Assembly: GCA_963734495.1 (NCBI GenBank)
Contig: CAVTHK010000016.1
Location: 256,001 to 320,000, forward strand
Direction of reading: 5' to 3'
From: an uncultured Spirochaetota bacterium
GTDB lineage: Bacteria; Spirochaetota; Spirochaetia; SZUA-6; CAVTHK01
Length of the DNA: 64,000 nt
Below the pieces are notes generated by a model that did no database searches, was not told the origin of the DNA, and saw only the letters and a list, made by a program, of their open reading frames with translations. Shown here in pieces: positions 30,002-38,965 of this stretch. The position numbers were made by a program, and so were the translations under genes. Positions within the stretch are counted from its first letter, which is position 1. Each line of letters begins with the position of its first letter.

Positions 30002-30109
30002 CGGTCCTTTGGACGCGGCCCGGCCGCGGAGGGCGGCGGGGCCGGCGTGCTCCTCCGTGCTCGCGAGGTTGACCGCGGCCCCGCTGCTATCTATACATTA
30101 GGTCTCGAC

Positions 30110-31027
30110 ATGCAAATCCGCGACGTTTTCCGGACGCACGAGACGACGTTCAGCTTCGAGTTCTTCCCCCCACGCGCGGTCAAGGCGTGGGACGGCCTTT
30201 TCGAGGTCATTCGCCAGCTGGACGCGCTCGCGCCGGACTTTGTGTCCGTGACCTACGGCGCGGGCGGCAGCACGCGGCAGCTCACCCACGACCTGGTGGT
30301 GCGGATCAAGGAGCAGACCCGCCTGCACCCGATCCCGCACCTCACCTGCGTCGCGCACACCGAGCGGGAGATCACCGAGATCCTGCAGCGCTACTGGGAC
30401 CACGGGATCGAGAACATCCTCGCCTTGAGCGGGGACCCGCCTCGCGACATCCCGGGGTACAGCCGCGACCACGACGCATTCAAATACGCCGCGGACCTCG
30501 TGCGCTTTATCGTGAGATTCAACTCGAGGCAGGGAAATGGGGGCCGCGCCGGCTTCGGGATCGGCGTCGCGGGGTTCCCCGAAGGGCATCCGGACACCCC
30601 GAACCGCCTGCAGGAGATCGAGCACCTCAAGGCGAAGGTCGACGAGGGCGCGGACTACATCTGCACCCAGCTCTTCTTCGACAACCACGACTTCTTCGAT
30701 TTCAGGGAGCGCTGCGTCCACGGGGGGATCAGGGTCCCGATCGTCGCCGGGGTCATGCCGGTCGTCTCGCGCTCGAACTTCGAGCGCATCCCGGAGATGG
30801 CGCTCGGCGCCCGTTACCCCGCCGCGCTGCTCAAGCAGCTCACCCGCTACGAGAGCGACGAGGACATCGCCCGCGTGGGAGTCGACTGGACAACGTGGCA
30901 GTGCGAGGAGCTGCTGGCGTTCGGCGTGAGCGGGATTCATTTCTACACCCTCAACCGCTCGCCGGCGACTCTCGAGATCTTCCGCAGGCTGGGCGTTCAG
31001 CAACGCCGAGGATCCAGCAAGAAATGA
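30110..31027 (+). CDS. metF: 5,10-methylenetetrahydrofolate reductase
   Basis: SFEFFPP, VSVTYGAGGST, PHLTC, LSGDPP, AGFPEGH, TQLFFD, HFYTLN. Confidence 0.95.
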   Translation: MQIRDVFRTHETTFSFEFFPPRAVKAWDGLFEVIRQLDALAPDFVSVTYGAGGSTRQLTHDLVVRIKEQTRLHPIPHLTCVAHTEREITEILQRYWDHGIENILALSGDPPRDIPGYSRDHDAFKYAADLVRFIVRFNSRQGNGGRAGFGIGVAGFPEGHPDTPNRLQEIEHLKAKVDEGADYICTQLFFDNHDFFDFRERCVHGGIRVPIVAGVMPVVSRSNFERIPEMALGARYPAALLKQLTRYESDEDIARVGVDWTTWQCEELLAFGVSGIHFYTLNRSPATLEIFRRLGVQQRRGSSKK

Positions 31028-31401
31028 CCGAGCGCGGGGCGCCGGGATGGCGCGGCGCCCTCAGGCAGGCCGTCGTCCTCCCGATCCGCCTGTACCGACT
31101 GGTGATTTCGCCGATACTTCCGGGAGCCTGCATCTACACGCCAACCTGCTCCCAGTACGCCATGGACGCCATCGTCCGCCACGGTGTGCTCCGCGGGCTT
31201 GCCGCCGCGATCGCGAGGGTCCTGCGCTGCGCGGGCGGGCTCTACGAAGGCGGGGACGACCCGGTCCCCGAGCGCATCACCTGGCGCGCGCTCGCGGACG
31301 GCTACCGCAGATTCTGGCGCCACCGGCGCCACTTGCAGCCCCGGCGCCCATGGCGCTCCCGGCGCTCCCGGCGGTCCAAGCGCACAACGAAGCCCGCCTG
31401 A
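31024..31401 (+). CDS. yidD: membrane protein insertion efficiency factor
   Basis: PIRLYRLVISP..GACIYTPTCSQYAMDAI.RHG..RVLRC..GGDDPVP; ATGA overlap with metF. Confidence 0.9.
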   Translation: MTERGAPGWRGALRQAVVLPIRLYRLVISPILPGACIYTPTCSQYAMDAIVRHGVLRGLAAAIARVLRCAGGLYEGGDDPVPERITWRALADGYRRFWRHRRHLQPRRPWRSRRSRRSKRTTKPA

Positions 31402-31554
31402 GCGTGGCCGACCGGGCACACGAAGAGCGTGCCGGGCAGGCGGCGCGGCGGGTGTCTGAGCAGTTGCGGGTGCGAGAGGGCGATAGAAGTGGTGGACCGG
31501 TGCCCTGACCGGTCCTGCGTCGGGCCGAAGGCGAGGCGGGTTGCTATCCCGTGG

Positions 31555-31725
31555 CTATACCTTGCCGGATTCCTTGTACATCACGTGCTTGCGGACAAAG
31601 GGGTCGTACTTCTTGACCTCCATCTTGCCCTGCGCGTTCCGGCGGTTCTTGGTGGTGTAGTAGCAGTGATTGCTTTCGGAGCTCTTCAGCCGCACCTTGA
31701 CGACGGTGTCCTTGGCCTTGGCCAT
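31555..31725 (-). CDS. rpmG: 50S ribosomal protein L33 (lacks CxxC pairs, zinc-independent type)
   Basis: [30 protein letters not shown]...[24 protein letters not shown]. Confidence 0.92.
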   Translation of the reverse strand: MAKAKDTVVKVRLKSSESNHCYYTTKNRRNAQGKMEVKKYDPFVRKHVMYKESGKV

Positions 31726-31775
31726 TGCATCCCTCCCGGAGGGCAAGCCCCGGCGCGCGGCCGGGGCTCAAACCT

Positions 31776-31946
31776 CTACATCAGGTCGCGAGGCTTCCGT
31801 GCCTTGTTACCGGTCTTTTCACAGACCGCGTAGTGGCGCAGCTTGCCCTTTTCGAAGACCGACTTCATGACGATCTTGCCGCCCCACCGGCTGGTCAGGA
31901 CCTGGGTGCCTTCGCGGCGGGCATTCTTTGAGATATCACCGGCCAA
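31776..31946 (-). CDS. 56-aa basic protein absent from the ORF track; resembles spirochaete ribosomal protein bL38
   Basis: AGGAGG RBS, TTG start; MAGDISKNARREGTQVLTSRWGGKIVMKSVFEKGKLRHYAVCEKTGNKARKPRDLM; directly upstream of and co-oriented with rpmG. Confidence 0.7.
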   Translation of the reverse strand: MAGDISKNARREGTQVLTSRWGGKIVMKSVFEKGKLRHYAVCEKTGNKARKPRDLM

Positions 31947-31979
31947 GAGTCACCTCCTAGTGCTTGACGGGAACGAGCT

Positions 31980-32008
31980 TATATACTCACTTCCACGAAT
32001 CAGGTCAA
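31980..32008 (-). promoter_or_regulatory. sigma70-like promoter for the small ORF-rpmG unit
   Basis: TTGACC-N17-TATATA on the minus strand. Confidence 0.55.
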
Positions 32009-32121
32009 GAGGGTGAGCCGAGGTGCCCGCCGTGCGGTCCGCCGGACTCGAGCGCGCCGTGGCAAAGCGGGCCTGCGGTTCTTGACAGCGGCGGACCGCG
32101 CTCCATAGACTCCCAGGAGCC

Positions 32122-32874
32122 ATGAAAGTGGTCTCGTGGAACGTGAACGGCCTTCGCGCGCTCCTGCAGAAGGATGGTTTGCGCGCGCTGGAGGCCGAGG
32201 ACCCCGACGTCATCTGCCTGCAGGAGACCAAGGCGACCTCGGAGCAGGTCGAGGGGATCCCGGACGGCTACGCCCACCAGTTCTGGAGCTCGGCCGAGCA
32301 GAAGGGCTACTCCGGAACCGCGGTCCTCTCCCGGCTCGCACCGCTGTCGGTCCGCATGGGAATGGGCTCCAGGGAGCACGACAGCGAGGGACGCCTGATC
32401 AGCCTGGAGCTCCCCGATTTCTGGCTCGTGACGGTCTACACCCCGAACGCCGGGCGCGGCCTCGTCCGCCTGGACTACCGGCTCGAGTGGGACAAGGCGT
32501 TCCTGCGTTACCTCCGCCGCCTCGAGAAGAGCAAGCCGGTCGTCTTCTGCGGCGACCTCAACGTCGCGCACAGGGAAATCGATATCGCCAACCCAAAGGC
32601 AAACCGAAGGAACGCGGGGTTCACGGACGAGGAGCGTGAGAACTTTTCCCGGGTCCTGGACTCCGGCTTCGCCGACACGTTTCGCGAGCTGCACCCGGAG
32701 CCGGGGCAGTACACCTGGTGGACCTACATGTACAACGCCAGGGCCAAGAACATAGGCTGGCGGATCGACTACGTGTGCCTGTCCCGGGCGCTGCTGCCGC
32801 GCCTGCGCAGCGCCTCCATCCTCTCGGGCATCACGGGGTCTGATCACTGCCCCGTAGCGGCGGAGATCGCGTGA
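32122..32874 (+). CDS. xth: exodeoxyribonuclease III / AP endonuclease
   Basis: SWNVNGLRA, CLQETK, KGYSG, GDLNVAH, GWRIDY, GSDHCPV; upstream TTGACA-N18-TAGACT. Confidence 0.95.
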   Translation: MKVVSWNVNGLRALLQKDGLRALEAEDPDVICLQETKATSEQVEGIPDGYAHQFWSSAEQKGYSGTAVLSRLAPLSVRMGMGSREHDSEGRLISLELPDFWLVTVYTPNAGRGLVRLDYRLEWDKAFLRYLRRLEKSKPVVFCGDLNVAHREIDIANPKANRRNAGFTDEERENFSRVLDSGFADTFRELHPEPGQYTWWTYMYNARAKNIGWRIDYVCLSRALLPRLRSASILSGITGSDHCPVAAEIA

Positions 32875-33725
32875 GCTCGATGGTGGTCTCGGACCTGGAC
32901 GGCACGCTGCTGCGGTCGGACAGGACCTTCGATCCCCGGGACCTGGACACCCTCGCCGAGCTCGGGCGCCGCGGGGACTTGCGCTGCATCGCCACCGGCC
33001 GCAACCTGTACTCCGCGCGGCAGGTCCTGCCGGCTTCGATGCCCATCGACTACCTCATCTTTTCCTCGGGGGCGGGGACGGTTGACTGGCGCAGCGGCAC
33101 GCTGCTCGAGCGGCACCTGATGAGCGCCGCGGAGGTCGCCCGAGCCTTCCGGGTTCTCGAGGCGCGGGGGCTCGACTTCATGGTCCACGAGCCCGTGCCG
33201 GAGAACCACCGCTTCACCTGGTTCGCCGTTGACGGCGGGGGGGACGACTTCAGGCGCCGAATCGAGCGCTACAGCGAGTTCGCGCGGCCAGGCGACCGTT
33301 CGGGTTTCCGGCCGCAGGGCGGCACGCAGCTTCTGGCCGTCGTCGCCGCGGGCGACGCGGGCGAGCGCGAATACCGGGAGGTGCGCGCCGAGCTGAACGG
33401 CCTGTCGGTCGTTCGTTCGACGTCGCCACTCGACGGGCTCTCGACGTGGGTCGAGGTGTTCAGCGCCGACGTATCCAAGGGCCTGGCTGCCGCCCGGATC
33501 GCCGCGAGGCACGGGGTCGCGCGCGAGCGCACGCTTGCGGTCGGCAACGACTACAACGACGAGGATCTGCTTTCGTGGGCGGGCCTGGGGGTGGTCGTGG
33601 CAGGCGCGCCGGAGCCGCTGCGTTTCCGTTTCCGTCAGGTCGCCTCCCACGACTCGGCCGGATTCACCCAGGCGGTGCAGGAATGGGGCGGTCTGCGGGG
33701 ACGCCGAGCTGACGCCGGTCCGTAA
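32871..33725 (+). CDS. Cof-type HAD hydrolase
   Basis: SDLDGTLL, ATGR, VSKG, AVGNDYND. Confidence 0.9.
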   Translation: MSSMVVSDLDGTLLRSDRTFDPRDLDTLAELGRRGDLRCIATGRNLYSARQVLPASMPIDYLIFSSGAGTVDWRSGTLLERHLMSAAEVARAFRVLEARGLDFMVHEPVPENHRFTWFAVDGGGDDFRRRIERYSEFARPGDRSGFRPQGGTQLLAVVAAGDAGEREYREVRAELNGLSVVRSTSPLDGLSTWVEVFSADVSKGLAAARIAARHGVARERTLAVGNDYNDEDLLSWAGLGVVVAGAPEPLRFRFRQVASHDSAGFTQAVQEWGGLRGRRADAGP

Positions 33726-33741
33726 CGGAAAGGAGTCTTGA

Positions 33742-34302
33742 TTGCAGACGAAGAAGGGAAGGGAGCGGCGCTACGATATCGCCGGGCTCGAAGGGTTCCG
33801 CGACCAGGCGGTTGCCTACCTCGCGGCCGAGCTCGACGAGCTTCGCGAGCGCGTGTACGACCAGGTGCTCCATCTCCCGCAGGAGGCGCTGGACTACGTG
33901 GCCGGGGCGACGCAATTGTCCGTCGGCCGCCTGCTCCTGCACCTGGGCTGGGCGGAGATGAGCTGGATCAGACGTCTGTCAGGGAACGACGGGCCGCAGG
34001 ACCTGCGCGCCGCCTTGTCCGCCGGAGCGCTCGAGTCGTTCCAGAAGGATCCGCCGCGAGCAGGACCGGCAGCGGCGCTCGTGGCGCTCTGCCGCAGGGT
34101 GCGCGACGAGGTCAGCGTGCCCTGGCTGCGCGCGGTCCCCGACGCCGACGCGAAGCTGATGGAGGACGGGTCGAGCACGCGAGGCGTTCTCATGCACCTC
34201 TGCTGGCACTGGGTCTATCACTCCGGCCACATCGGGCTGCTCAGCTTCGAGGCCGGATACGACTACGAATGGACGGTGCGAAAGCCCCTGGCGCGCCCGT
34301 GA
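33742..34302 (+). CDS. DinB/DUF664 family metal-binding protein
   Basis: LLLHLGWAE.W, VLMHLCWHWVYHSGHI His motifs. Confidence 0.8.
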   Translation: MQTKKGRERRYDIAGLEGFRDQAVAYLAAELDELRERVYDQVLHLPQEALDYVAGATQLSVGRLLLHLGWAEMSWIRRLSGNDGPQDLRAALSAGALESFQKDPPRAGPAAALVALCRRVRDEVSVPWLRAVPDADAKLMEDGSSTRGVLMHLCWHWVYHSGHIGLLSFEAGYDYEWTVRKPLARP

Positions 34303-34304
34303 GA

Positions 34305-34370
34305 GAATCGTGGGCGAATCGTGAGCGACCCGTGATTTGGCTTGACGGGGCGGGAGGATCGCACTACTGT
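34305..34370 (+). promoter_or_regulatory. sigma70 promoter preceded by three 11-bp-period direct repeats
   Basis: GAATCGTG (34305), GAATCGTG (34316), GACCCGTG (34327); TTGACG(34342)-N17-TACTGT(34365). Confidence 0.55.
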
Positions 34371-34437
34371 GCACGCGCGGGCGCAACCCGCGTTGATCGC
34401 GGGGCGTCGATGCGGCGATCAGCAGAGAGGAGACCTG

Positions 34438-34812
34438 GTGCCCACCAAGATCACCATCGAAATCGGCAAGCTGAGCCTCAAGGCGGAGCTCAACGACAGC
34501 GCCTCCGCGAAGACCCTGCTGGACGCCCTGCCCAAGCAGGTCAGCCTGTCGCGTTGGGGCGACGAGTACTACGGCAACTGCGGGATCAAAGTCCAGCAGG
34601 CCGATGACGCCCGCGAGGAGATGAGCGTCGGCGAGCTGGCCCTGTGGCCGCCGGGAAACGCGCTGTGCATCTTCTTCGGCCCCACGCCGGCGAGCAGCGG
34701 GCGCGAGCCTCGCGCGGCTTCCCCCGTCAACCCTGTCGGCCGGCTCCTCGATGATGCGGCGCCTCTCAAGGGGCTGGGTCCGTCGATCCGGGCAAAGGTC
34801 GCCAAGGCATAG
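34438..34812 (+). CDS. cyclophilin-like fold protein (DUF369-like)
   Basis: RWGDEYY, VGELALWPPGNALCIFFGPTP, ASPVNPVG; GAGGAG RBS before GTG 34438. Confidence 0.85.
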   Translation: MPTKITIEIGKLSLKAELNDSASAKTLLDALPKQVSLSRWGDEYYGNCGIKVQQADDAREEMSVGELALWPPGNALCIFFGPTPASSGREPRAASPVNPVGRLLDDAAPLKGLGPSIRAKVAKA

Positions 34813-34891
34813 GGTCGCCAGGGCATAAGGTCGCTGAGGCCCATAGGGCCGCGGGGCGTCCCGCGGCCGTGGCCCGGATTCCCGCAAAGCT

Positions 34892-36211
34892 CTACTGATT
34901 GAGCTTGGTGGCGCGGAACGCGATCACCAGCCCCATTACGAGGAGCGGGACCAGCGCCAGGATCAGAAGGGTCGTAAGCCCCTGTGCCTGGGGCACGATG
35001 CGGATCTGTCTCCGGCTGCCTGGAAGAGGCGCACCCGTGCTGTCGCGCGTATCGAGGCGCACCACGCCCCTGTCCCGGCCGATGCTCACCTTGTAAGCGT
35101 ACAGGTCGGCCTGTGTCTGGTCGGGCTTCGGCTCGAAGGGCAGGATCTTGTAACCGAGCGCGGACCCCGGGAGCTGCTCGACCCTGTACGGCTTCTCGGT
35201 CGTCTTCTCGAGCTGGCCTCCGCGCATGACCTCGATCGTCGCCTTGGGCACCTGCTGCATCTTGACCCACTTCGTGAGGTTGGGGTTGCCGCGGCCGTCG
35301 TTGCGGATGAGCTTCTCGTAGTCCAGGTCGGTGAATTCGTCCTGATAGAACGGTCTGAGGTAGATGTCCGTCATCCCGTTGACGTAGAGCACGGAGCCGG
35401 GCTGGCTGGATTCCTCCGGCCGCGTCCACTTGTCGGCGGGGATCACGTCGTAGCCGGCGGTCCCGCTGCGCCTCTTCTGGAACAGGACCAGCCTGCGCTC
35501 GGACCCCTCCATGACGCGGCCGTCGGGTGCCACCAGCCGTATGCGGTAGACGCCGACAGGCAGGTTGATGTTGTACGCCAGCTCAGGCTCGCGGGGCGGA
35601 ACCACGAACTCGTCCGACGGCTTGGGCTCCTCGGGCGCCTTGAGCGACTGCAGCTCCTTGACCAGCGCCGTGGGGTCGAGCCCCCTCTTGCGCATGTCGA
35701 GGATGCGCTCGGTGAGCTCGGTCGTGCGCTTCTCGTGGGCGAGCTGGGCATCCGTGAACGCGTCGCGCGCCTTCCAGTCGGCGTCGCGCTGCTTCGTGTA
35801 GTACGCGTAGATGCGCGCTGCCTCGTCGCCCTTGGCCGCGCGCCAGTTCAGCTCGTATTCGCCCTTGACGTTGTAGTAAGTGTAGCTCGCCTTGGCCAGC
35901 TCCTGCCGCGGCAGCCCCGGCCCCTCGATCTCGACCTTCCCCTGGACCTCTTCGTTCAGGACGCTGGTGTCGATCTTCCATTCCTGGGTGAGCGGCCACC
36001 AGTAGACAAAGGCCTTGCGGGCAGTCAGGAAGTTGTCGACGCCGGCGACCAGGTAGATTGCGTCCGATCCCTGGCGGGCAAAGGTTCCCGAGTAGTCCTT
36101 GCCGTTAAAGGCCACGATGCTGTAGATGAGCTCCTCGTTGCGGACCGGCGCCTGGCCCGAGACGGGCAGCGCGAGCGCAAGGAGCGAGAGCAGGATCACC
36201 GGCAGCTTCAT
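34892..36211 (-). CDS. exported protein with C-terminal membrane anchor, function unknown
   Basis: Signal peptide MKLPVILLSLLALALPVSG; C-terminal TM LLILALVPLLVMGLVIAF; coupled to the ABC permease. Confidence 0.75.
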   Translation of the reverse strand: MKLPVILLSLLALALPVSGQAPVRNEELIYSIVAFNGKDYSGTFARQGSDAIYLVAGVDNFLTARKAFVYWWPLTQEWKIDTSVLNEEVQGKVEIEGPGLPRQELAKASYTYYNVKGEYELNWRAAKGDEAARIYAYYTKQRDADWKARDAFTDAQLAHEKRTTELTERILDMRKRGLDPTALVKELQSLKAPEEPKPSDEFVVPPREPELAYNINLPVGVYRIRLVAPDGRVMEGSERRLVLFQKRRSGTAGYDVIPADKWTRPEESSQPGSVLYVNGMTDIYLRPFYQDEFTDLDYEKLIRNDGRGNPNLTKWVKMQQVPKATIEVMRGGQLEKTTEKPYRVEQLPGSALGYKILPFEPKPDQTQADLYAYKVSIGRDRGVVRLDTRDSTGAPLPGSRRQIRIVPQAQGLTTLLILALVPLLVMGLVIAFRATKLNQ

Positions 36212-37086
36212 GCGCGGACCCCCCTCGCGTTGAGAATCCTGCTGCTGGCGGCGAGCAATACGACCGCCAGCACCAGCAGCAGCAGCAAGCTCAGCAGAAA
36301 AAGGCCGACATTCCCGAATCCGACCGAGCTCAGCCCCAGACCCCAGTAGAACAGGGGCGACGCCCACTGCAGGATCCAGCCGAGCACGTTGGCGAGGTTG
36401 CGCGCATAGCCTTCGACGATCATGAAGCGGCCGGCCAGCAGGAGCAGGAACAGAATCCAGACCGCGGCGAACAGCGTGATCGAGGCCGCCGCGTTGTCCG
36501 TCAGAACGGCCGCGACGACGGCATACGCGAGCCCCGCGGCCGCGAGCGGCACGATGATCGCAAGCGACTGGAACAGCATGGGTCCCATGTAGAGGTTGTT
36601 GGCTGCGGCGGCCAGGACGATGAACAGCATCAGGACCGCGACCCCGGCGGTGCCCAGGACAAGGTCCTTGAGATAGCTGGCCAGGAAGTAGGAGGTGCCG
36701 TCCGCGGGGCCGTAGACCACCAGCTCCATCGCGCCCACGCTGCGCTCCACGGTGAAGCGGAAGATCGTGCTCAGGGCGAGATAGAGAAAGACCGGGACGA
36801 CGCCGACGTAGAGCGCCGCCACCAGCGGCCCCTCCGCGAAAAGCCGGTCCAGGAACGGCGCCCCGAAGCCGCCCTCGAGGGTGCGGCCGATCATGTCGTA
36901 GATCGGGGTCAGGTGATAGTCGAAGCCGCTCGTGTCGATGCTGCGGGCGAAACCGGTCACGAGGAGGGCGGCCAGCGCCATCCCGACCGATACCGCAATG
37001 TAGTATCCCGGGCTGATGACGGTCTCGTAGAGGCGCCGCGAAGCGATCACGGAGACCGCGTGGACCTTCTCATTCATGACGTTCAT
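36208..37086 (-). CDS. ABC-2 type exporter permease
   Basis: About 6 hydrophobic helices; ERSVGAMELVVYGP motif; follows an ABC ATPase. Confidence 0.75.
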   Translation of the reverse strand: MNVMNEKVHAVSVIASRRLYETVISPGYYIAVSVGMALAALLVTGFARSIDTSGFDYHLTPIYDMIGRTLEGGFGAPFLDRLFAEGPLVAALYVGVVPVFLYLALSTIFRFTVERSVGAMELVVYGPADGTSYFLASYLKDLVLGTAGVAVLMLFIVLAAAANNLYMGPMLFQSLAIIVPLAAAGLAYAVVAAVLTDNAAASITLFAAVWILFLLLLAGRFMIVEGYARNLANVLGWILQWASPLFYWGLGLSSVGFGNVGLFLLSLLLLLVLAVVLLAASSRILNARGVRA

Positions 37087-38036
37087 GTCTTGGCCCCCAC
37101 GTCGGTGAACAGGGAGAGGTTCTCGCGCGTGATGGTCACGAAGGCCTCCTCGAGCGAGACGGCCTTCTCCTCGAGCCCCAGGGGGACCAGGTTGCGCGCG
37201 ATCAGGAACGCGGACACGTCCTTGCGGTAGTCGCGATCGCGGGCGACCTGCACCACGAGCGTCTTGCCCGTGAGCTGCGCCTCGCGCACGAAGGGCAGGC
37301 CCTTGATGTCGGCGGCCAGGGACTCGGGAGGATTCTCGAGCTCGACGCGCAGCTCGCGGGACTCGGAGAACCGGTCGAGGATGTTGCTCATCGTGTCTTC
37401 GGCCAGGAGCCTGCCCTGGAAGATGATCGCCACCCGGTCGCAGATCCGCTCCACCTCGGAGAGGAGGTGGGACGAGACGAAGATGGTCCTCCCCTCGCGG
37501 TTCTCGGCCACGATCAGGTCGCGCACCTGCTTCATCCCGAACGGGTCGAGCCCGGAGTGCGGCTCGTCGAGGAACAGGATGTCGGGATCGTGCAGCAGGG
37601 CGCGCACGATGCTCAGCTTCTGGAGCATGCCGCGGGAAAAGCCGGCGATCTTTCGCCTGGCCACGTCGGCCAGCCCTACGTTTTCGAGGAGGGTATCGAT
37701 CCTGGCCCCGGCATTGTCCACCGAGAAGAGATCCGCGAAGTACTCGAGGTACTCGCGGGCCGTCATCCAGCTCCAGACCCCGCGCGGGTGCCGCTCGGGC
37801 ACGACGCCGATGCGGCGGCGCAGGTCCAGGCGATCCGGGGAGTAGCGCTCCCCGAAAAGGTGGATCTCGCCGGCGGTAGGCTCGGTGATGCCGAGCAGCA
37901 TCATGATCGTCGTCGTCTTGCCGGCGCCGTTGGGCCCGAGGAACCCGTAGATCTGGCCGGCCGGTATGTTGAGGTTCACGTCGCGCACGGCCTCGACGCG
38001 GCCGAAGGACTTGGTCAACCCGACGGTGCGGATCAT
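37083..38036 (-). CDS. ABC-2/multidrug-type ATP-binding protein
   Basis: [44 protein letters not shown]. Confidence 0.92.
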   Translation of the reverse strand: MIRTVGLTKSFGRVEAVRDVNLNIPAGQIYGFLGPNGAGKTTTIMMLLGITEPTAGEIHLFGERYSPDRLDLRRRIGVVPERHPRGVWSWMTAREYLEYFADLFSVDNAGARIDTLLENVGLADVARRKIAGFSRGMLQKLSIVRALLHDPDILFLDEPHSGLDPFGMKQVRDLIVAENREGRTIFVSSHLLSEVERICDRVAIIFQGRLLAEDTMSNILDRFSESRELRVELENPPESLAADIKGLPFVREAQLTGKTLVVQVARDRDYRKDVSAFLIARNLVPLGLEEKAVSLEEAFVTITRENLSLFTDVGAKT

Positions 38037-38890
38037 CAGGCGCCTCCCTTCACGTTCCACGAGGTCGGAGGCAGGTAGTACGTGAAGCGGTCTTTGTACT
38101 GATCGAGGTAGGCGGAGATCTCCTTGGGGTCGCGGAACTGGAAGACTTTGCCCATGATCGCGTCGAGCTCCTGCCGCGTGATGGCCCCCGGTTTCGGGAC
38201 GGCCACAAGGGTGTCGATGACCCAGTACTGCGCGGGGCTGCTGCGCAGCTTGTCCAGCGGCACGGGCACCGTGTACCGGAAAGAGGTCTCAGGCGTGCCG
38301 TCCCAGGTCCAGTCGAGCTTGCCGGCAAACAGCGGCTCTCCGCGTTCGGAGCCCGTGTCCTCGGCCTTCTCGGTGTACTTGCCGCCCTTGACCTGCGCCG
38401 AGATGAGCGACCCGATCCAGATGTCCAGACACGGGTGATTGAGCACCGCCTTGCCGTCGGTGCCCACGGGCCTCACCTCGAGGTAGAGCTGCCCCTGGTC
38501 GCGCTTGTCGACGATGATAAAGTGGTCGAGCGTCGGGATCTCCAGGCCCTTCATCCGGACAGGCCCCGGCAGCGTGTTCCGGCCGCGCTTGAGGCGAACA
38601 GGGATCTTCTGCGGCTCGTAGGCGGGCGCCACGATCTCCAGCGTCGCGTTCCCCGGTTTCAGGTGGGTGAACTCGAGGTCCGCCGCGCCGTGGTCGGCCT
38701 GGTAGAACTCGTGCATCTCCCTGTCCTGCAGCGTGAGCGTCGCGTTCCAGACCCAGCCGCCGCTCACGGAATCCACCACGCGGAAACGCAGAGTCGTCTC
38801 CAGCGCCCCGCCGGCCAGGTAGACGGCGAGCGCGACGGCGCCGAAGAAAGCGACGACGCCGCCCAGGATCAGCCACGTCCTCTTTTTCAT
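38036..38890 (-). CDS. N-terminally anchored protein with carboxypeptidase-regulatory-like beta-sandwich
   Basis: N-terminal TM; FRVVDSVSG..NATL..FTHLKPG.ATLEIVAPAYEP pattern. Confidence 0.65.
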   Translation of the reverse strand: MKKRTWLILGGVVAFFGAVALAVYLAGGALETTLRFRVVDSVSGGWVWNATLTLQDREMHEFYQADHGAADLEFTHLKPGNATLEIVAPAYEPQKIPVRLKRGRNTLPGPVRMKGLEIPTLDHFIIVDKRDQGQLYLEVRPVGTDGKAVLNHPCLDIWIGSLISAQVKGGKYTEKAEDTGSERGEPLFAGKLDWTWDGTPETSFRYTVPVPLDKLRSSPAQYWVIDTLVAVPKPGAITRQELDAIMGKVFQFRDPKEISAYLDQYKDRFTYYLPPTSWNVKGGA

Positions 38891-38965
38891 GCTTTGCTCA
38901 GACTATTAACGAAAGAGCCGTGGTGTCAACTGCATCCCCCATCTCTCGAGCTCCGCCGCGCGGGT

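Noticed and set aside
30002-30109. SAM riboswitch upstream of metF; T-boxes upstream of thrS and proS
   Set aside because: No consensus elements seen; promoter-like hexamers leave leaders that are too short
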